Shown here piece after piece: positions 58,387 through 64,000 of a stretch of DNA of 64,000 nucleotides. Below the pieces are notes generated by a model. That model was not told the DNA's origin and ran no database searches. It saw nothing but the letters and a program-made list of their open reading frames with translations. Numbering within the stretch: position 1 is the stretch's first letter; each line of letters opens with the position of its first letter. Source of the DNA: Octopus vulgaris (lineage: Eukaryota); contig OX597816.1 in assembly GCA_951406725.2 (NCBI GenBank), forward strand, positions 32,798,001-32,862,000. Reading direction: 5' to 3'. Position numbers and translations under genes: made by a program.

Positions 58387-59729
58387 GGTGTGTGTGAGTA
58401 TACATAAAAATTTTGAATAGGACAGGAGGAGATTAAAAGGGAAAGATGGAGATTAATTTCTAGATAAATTTCACAAAGTAAAAAATAGACAAAAAAATAA
58501 TCTTACATTTAGACACGCAATATGTGTCTAGTTATGAATCAAATTTGACATGCAAAAATATATATTTCATCCATACTTCCTATAGCAAATTTATGCGTCG
58601 GTTTAGTATTCTATGCTCTCCGGTTATAGTATTTCTAACTTTCGAATCGTAGACATTTAGTTCAGATAGTCTTCTTTTTTATATAAATGTAACTAACAAA
58701 CGTTGAATTAGAAGATAAGCAAAATATCTGATAATTAACCAAGTTATCTGTCTGTCTTTCTCGCAAGTCAAAAATGGATCGTTGACCTCTGCTATTAAGA
58801 AAGAAACGAGGAAAATAAAAATGTCACAGTTTATCTCATTTTCACTTGCTATTGCTATTGCGATTGTGTATTAATGGGCATAATAAATTGTCTCTGTCCA
58901 TAAATAATTCCAGCTATTGTAAACTGTGCTCGGTCCTTAATATCCATTACACACTGGAATAATATTTAGATGCACGGGCCTATGAAAGTCTATAAAGACG
59001 TACCTATTAGGAGTTTTATGAATGCTTCCTCGAATTTCACAGCTACCGTATCATATAGACTTTCATCACTTTATCGATATATTTAATCTTATATTGGTCT
59101 CTTGTTGAGTTAGTAGCAATATTAGACGCCATTTATAGGTTCCCGTTTGTACGATAAAATGCTCGTCCTGTCGCACATCATTAAATCTAATAAACATTCA
59201 AGTAATTTGTCTCTATGTTGTCTATTGCTACATGCACGGAAGTCACCGTAAAATACTCACATTACAAACAAATTGTTTCCGATAATCTCAATTCTGTTTA
59301 TATTCAAGCTTCGGTTGCCCTATAATGATAAAAGAACAACAAAAACAAAAAGAAAAAAAAAAACAGAATCCTGCTATAATACACAATATTTTTATATTGC
59401 TAAAGCAGACAATTTATAAGAATTTTTTTAACCATATGAAAATGTATAGCGGACCACCTGACACTTGCATACATAGAGAATACATAAACACATACACACA
59501 GAGATCGAACAAGACAAACACACATCGGAGCGCACACACATAAGAGTATGCTTCTTTGTATATATGCGTGTGTCTTCGTATATATATGAGTGTGTGCGAA
59601 TGAATACAAACAGAAATGCATGTGGACGTTATAGTATTTGCAAGACCAATATATCAAGCATAAACAGTAAACTACTAGTCCATGAGTATGATTTCCCTAC
59701 TGGATGCCTATATATATGCGTATTAATAT

Positions 59730-60157
59730 ACTCCTTTACTCTTTTACTCTTGTACTTGTTTCAGTCATCTGACTGTAACTATGCTGGAGCACCACCTTTA
59801 GTCGAGCAAATCGACCCCAGGACTTATTCTTTGTTAGCCTAGAACTTATTCTATCGGTCTCTGTTGCCGAACCGCTAAGTTACGGGGACGTAAACAAACC
59901 AGCATCGATTGTCAAGCGATGTTGGTGGGACAAACACAGACACACAGACATACACACACATGCATACACATATATATATATATATACATATATACGACGG
60001 GCTTCTTTCAGTTTCCGTCGACCAAATCCACTCACGAGGCTTTGGTCGGCCCGATGCTATAGTAGAAGACACTTGCGCAAGGTGCCACGCAGTGGGACTG
60101 AAGCCGAAACCATGTGGTTGGTAAGCAAGCTACTTAACACACAGCCACTCCCGCGCC
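59730..60157 (-). mobile_element. Family-A SINE
   Basis: Reverse complement of 44167-44590. Confidence 0.92.
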
Positions 60158-60249
60158 CACATAATATAATATAAATACATTTACACTTATATGTACAGTT
60201 ATTATATGCATGTATACAAACACAGACACACACACACACATACAGACAT

Positions 60250-60457
60250 CTTGGTTCCTAACCAATAGGCTTCGGTATCCGTCCAGCTGCGTGACACCGT
60301 GATCATGTGTCTTCTAGTGTAGCCTCGGGCCGTCAAAGGTTTTTTGAGTGGATTAGTAGGCGGAAACTGAAAGAAGCCCGTCTAAAATGTATGTGTGTGT
60401 TTGTGTTTGTAGTGTGTGTTTGTGTTTGTGTGTGTGTGTTTGTATGTGTGTTTGTAT

Positions 60458-60495
<38 letters not shown>

Positions 60496-60710
60496 CTTTA
60501 ATTTCTCCCAGCACCGTTTAGCAACCAGTGTTGACAGTTTAGGCCTCTGGAACTTACCGTTTCAGCAAAAGAGAACGATAGAATAAGTTATGGGCCTACA
60601 AAATAAGTCATGTGGTCGATTTGTTCGTCTGAAATCCTACAAGGCAGTGCTCCAGCATGACTGCAGTCAAATGATTCAAACAAATAAAATATTAAAGATA
60701 TAAAAGAATA
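60250..60710 (+). mobile_element. Family-A SINE, diverged, head-to-head with the previous copy
   Basis: gtgtcttctagtgtagcctcgggccg..cggaaactgaaagaagcccg..gtgctccagcatgactgcagtcaaatg. Confidence 0.85.
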
Positions 60711-60869
60711 TATGCACATATATATAAGATCCGATGTGACTGCTTATTTGCTCCTGTTTCTGTATATAAAGCTCTCTAAAGGAGTTGCCCTCATACATAC
60801 ATAAATATTTCTGTCACCCCGCATAGTTATTAAAAATTTGATTTCTAACGTAAGAAATAGGATATCAAA

Positions 60870-61260
60870 TCTTGCTTCATTTGATAATGCAGCCACCTAC
60901 AATAAATATGCCCTAGCTTACAGCTAATTACAACTCTTTCATTAAAAATATGAATCGTAAAAGTAGAACACAAAATAGACCTCAGAAAATATTTGGTTTG
61001 TCCCACTATTCTCCCTCGATGTTAAGACTAACGTAGGCAAGAAATTCTTGTCTCTTTTATATAAACATTTCCCAAGAAATCATAAATACAGTAATTTTTA
61101 AGAGACACTCAATAAATGTACCATAAATCTGCTGCACCAATATGGAAAATATTATAAGTCGCAAAAATAACCAAGAAACCACATCCAGCTGTAACTGTTC
61201 AGACGCAGCAGTTTGCCCACATGGCCAGCCGTGTTCGATAAACCCCGTCTTACAGAATTT
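60870..61260 (+). mobile_element. Penelope-like element linker/pre-GIY-YIG fragment
   Basis: [54 protein letters not shown] corresponds to WFNPPYS..VKTNIG..F..L..KHFP..CNC....CP. Confidence 0.85.
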
Positions 61261-61794
61261 CACCAACTTTTAAGTTAACAGGCATCACGGACAGCAAGCC
61301 ATAACAATGTTCGTATAATGTTACCTGCATCATGAGAATTCATAGCGGATATTATGATGTTGTCATTATGGGTACTGCTTCATACTCTGAGAAATATATT
61401 AATGAGGTACAGGTGTGACATTAGCAGCTGCAATTTACTTTATGAAGTCGTAGCCTGAAAATGACCAAAATAAAATAGGTGATAAAAGATCTTATCAAGA
61501 ACACGGTTAGGAATGCATGCGACAAGTTTCGCAGTCCACTTGACCCCATGGTGGTAGCTAAGAGCGTCTACTTTCAATACATTGTTATCTCACACATATA
61601 ACCAAGTAGATTTCATTTTTTTTTTTACTTTTAATATATATTACATTTTGCATAGCATACTGCATATATTATAATTTCGTGTAATCTCGAAAATTTAGCC
61701 AGTCCTCACTGTATATGAGTGTGTTTGTGTGTGTGGGAGGGAGAGACAGAATGAGTTTGTGGAGGCGTTTGGTTTATCTACATGCATGAGAAAG

Positions 61795-61846
<52 letters not shown>

Positions 61847-61922
61847 CACCACAACCACTACTACTACTACTACTACTACCACTACTACTACTACTACTAC
61901 CACCACCACCACCACCACCACC

Positions 61923-61996
<74 letters not shown>

Positions 61997-62160
61997 AACT
62001 ACTACTTCTACTTCTACTAAATCTCGTCATTATCAAACTCATAATCACCATTATCATCATCGTCGTTGTCATCATCATTATAATCATTGTGATTCCAAGC
62101 CGCCTCATCATCATTGTCAACGTCGTCGTCATCACCACCACCACAAGCTTCATCATTCAT
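61795..62160. repeat. (CTA)/(CCA)/(CAT) trinucleotide array
   Basis: Direct inspection. Confidence 0.97.
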
Positions 62161-62769
62161 TATCTCGTGCGATTTATCCTAAAGGCAACATTATTTTAAA
62201 TCTTGTCATCTCTACTACTACGTCTTTTAAGTCATCAAATCATATTAAAACTTATCCTATCTTCTCTTGATACGCGTATCTATGGCAACACACTCAAAGA
62301 TAAAGCGTATGTATATTTGTGGTTGGAATTCTGGAAGACTGCATTATTACGAATGATACTGGAAATTTTTTAGCTTATTATTGGGCGTGCACGTATATTT
62401 TATACATGTGAGAATCTATGTAGTCAGTCAATTATAAAAAGCAGGCAAATCTCAGTAAAATCGTAATTTAGCCTCTCTGATACAGAAAATGCAGAGATGA
62501 TCACAATTTGACTGCTTTGTTCAAATTACTTCTTTGTCAAAGGTGACGACATGGTAAACACGACTTGGAAATAGAGCTGTCTGCTCTACTTCGCTCAAAG
62601 CAGAATCATAATGTTGAATTGCTATATCCAATAAAATGTTTTTTTTGCTGGATTTAATGTTTCTTCCTCGTAGCAATTACAATTATTGGTAGTCTTAAGA
62701 ATACTAACTACATTGAAGGAAAAATACATTCCTACACATAGTCACAACATATTTTTATAGAAATATACA

Positions 62770-62791
62770 CACATATATAAATATATGTATG

Positions 62792-62850
<59 letters not shown>

Positions 62851-62880
62851 TTATTTATTTGTATACATACATATATTTAT

Positions 62881-62926
<46 letters not shown>

Positions 62927-62967
62927 ATTTATCCCGTAATATTATTATTATTATATATATATATATG

Positions 62968-63040
<73 letters not shown>
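62770..63040. repeat. (TA)n-rich microsatellite abutting the retrozyme-like repeat
   Basis: Direct inspection. Confidence 0.97.
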
Positions 63041-63042
<2 letters not shown>

Positions 63043-63197
63043 CGTAAGGGACGTTAGCCATCCGAATGTGGCTAGGGACAGGGCAGGGCTATGGTGGTGA
63101 TACTGATGCATTTAGCCCCAGGCGATCATCAACGTAACCAGGAGCGCTGACGCCATCACGGCGTCCTCTAGCCTGCAAAGGGAGATCATTCCCCGAA

Positions 63198-63268
63198 GAA
63201 GCGGATGTCACATACGGACCCAGGTTTCAAGGTGTTTGCCTATTATCAACGTATGGCAGGCACCGCCC
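63198..63268 (-). ncRNA. Type I hammerhead ribozyme (U3-A8 core variant)
   Basis: Minus strand reads catacg TTGATAA t agg caaaca cct t GAAA cctgg GTC cgtatg; core identical to the 63853 copy. Confidence 0.8.
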
Positions 63269-63852
63269 TCGACGAACGACTCTCTGTGCAGGCTATCTAT
63301 ATAAAGATTTTCACAGTAAATTCATTTAATGATGTAGAAAATCTGTTCGACAGCAATAATAATTCTCTAAACGAGATATAGACAGTAACTGCTCCATAAC
63401 ATAAGGGACGTTAGCCATCCGAATGTGGCTAGGGACAGGGCAGGGCGGTGGGGGTGTTACTGATGCATTTAGCCCCAGGCGATCATCAACGTCAACAGGA
63501 AGGCTGACGCCATCACGGCGTCAGGCAAACACCTTGAAAGCTGGGTCCGTATGTGGCATCCGCTTCTTCGGGGAATGATCTCCCTTTGCAGGCTAGAGGT
63601 AGCCGTGATGGCGTCAGCCCTCCTGTAGTCGTTGATGATCGCCTGGGGCTAAATGCATCAGTAACACCCCCACCGCCCTGCCCTATCCCTAGCCACATTC
63701 GGATGGCTAACGTCCCTTATGTTATGTAGCAGTTACTGTCTATATATCGTTTAGATAATTATTATTGCTGTCGAACAGATTTTCTACATCAGTAAATGTA
63801 TCTACTGTGAAAATCTTTATATAGATAGCCTGCACAGAGAGTCGTTCGTCGA

Positions 63853-63924
63853 GGGGCGGTGCCTGCCATACGTTGATAATAGGCAAACACCTTGAAACCT
63901 GGGTCCGTATGTGGCATCCGCTTC
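63853..63924 (+). ncRNA. Type I hammerhead ribozyme (U3-A8 core variant), predicted cleavage after C63905
   Basis: Stem I catacg/cgtatg with internal loop then tgcc/ggca and gcgg/ccgc; core TTGATAA 63873-63879; stem II agg/cct with loop CAAACA; GAAA 63894-63897; short stem III; GTC triplet 63903-63905. Confidence 0.85.
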
Positions 63925-64000
63925 TTCGGGGAATGATCTCCCTTTGCAGGCTAGAGGATGCCGTGATGGCGTCAGCCCTCATGGTGACGTTGATGATCGC

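Larger units (their letters stand above)
63040..64000. mobile_element. ~358-bp tandem and inverted repeat carrying hammerhead ribozymes (candidate non-LTR retrozyme); runs off the window end
   Basis: Units 63040-63396 and partial 63397-63522, inversion junction at 63522/63523, then reverse-orientation units with period 358 (GTC ending 63547 and 63905). Confidence 0.85.

Noticed and set aside
63740-63982. 80-aa ORF and neighbouring short ORFs in the 358-bp repeat
   Set aside because: The frame is not preserved between units (1-bp indel near the gccc run) and has no recognisable domain; the RNA structure explains the conservation better.
63040-64000. CRISPR array or simple satellite interpretation
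   Set aside because: No short repeat with unique spacers and the context is eukaryotic; the units carry a ribozyme fold, arguing against an inert satellite.

Overview
AT-rich eukaryotic DNA that is intergenic or intronic and dominated by repeats. The SINE, LINE and microsatellite families resemble those of an octopod cephalopod (inference from recognised repeat motifs, not from a search). No intact host gene is supportable; most long ORFs are microsatellite read-throughs. Contents: a decayed full-length mariner with TIRs; several tRNA-derived SINE families; a ~2 kb ORF1-only LINE-like insert with a 15-bp TSD inside a SINE head; two nests of R4/Dong-type RLE retrotransposon fragments embedded in (TAA)n; several Penelope-like (PLE) relics; Helitron-like non-autonomous elements; a foldback MITE; and a 148-bp inverted duplication. 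The most interesting feature is at the right end (63040-64000): a ~358-bp tandem and inverted repeat whose units carry a type I hammerhead ribozyme with a covariant U3-A8 core and a long rod-like extension. This is a candidate non-LTR retrozyme (self-cleaving circRNA-forming element).
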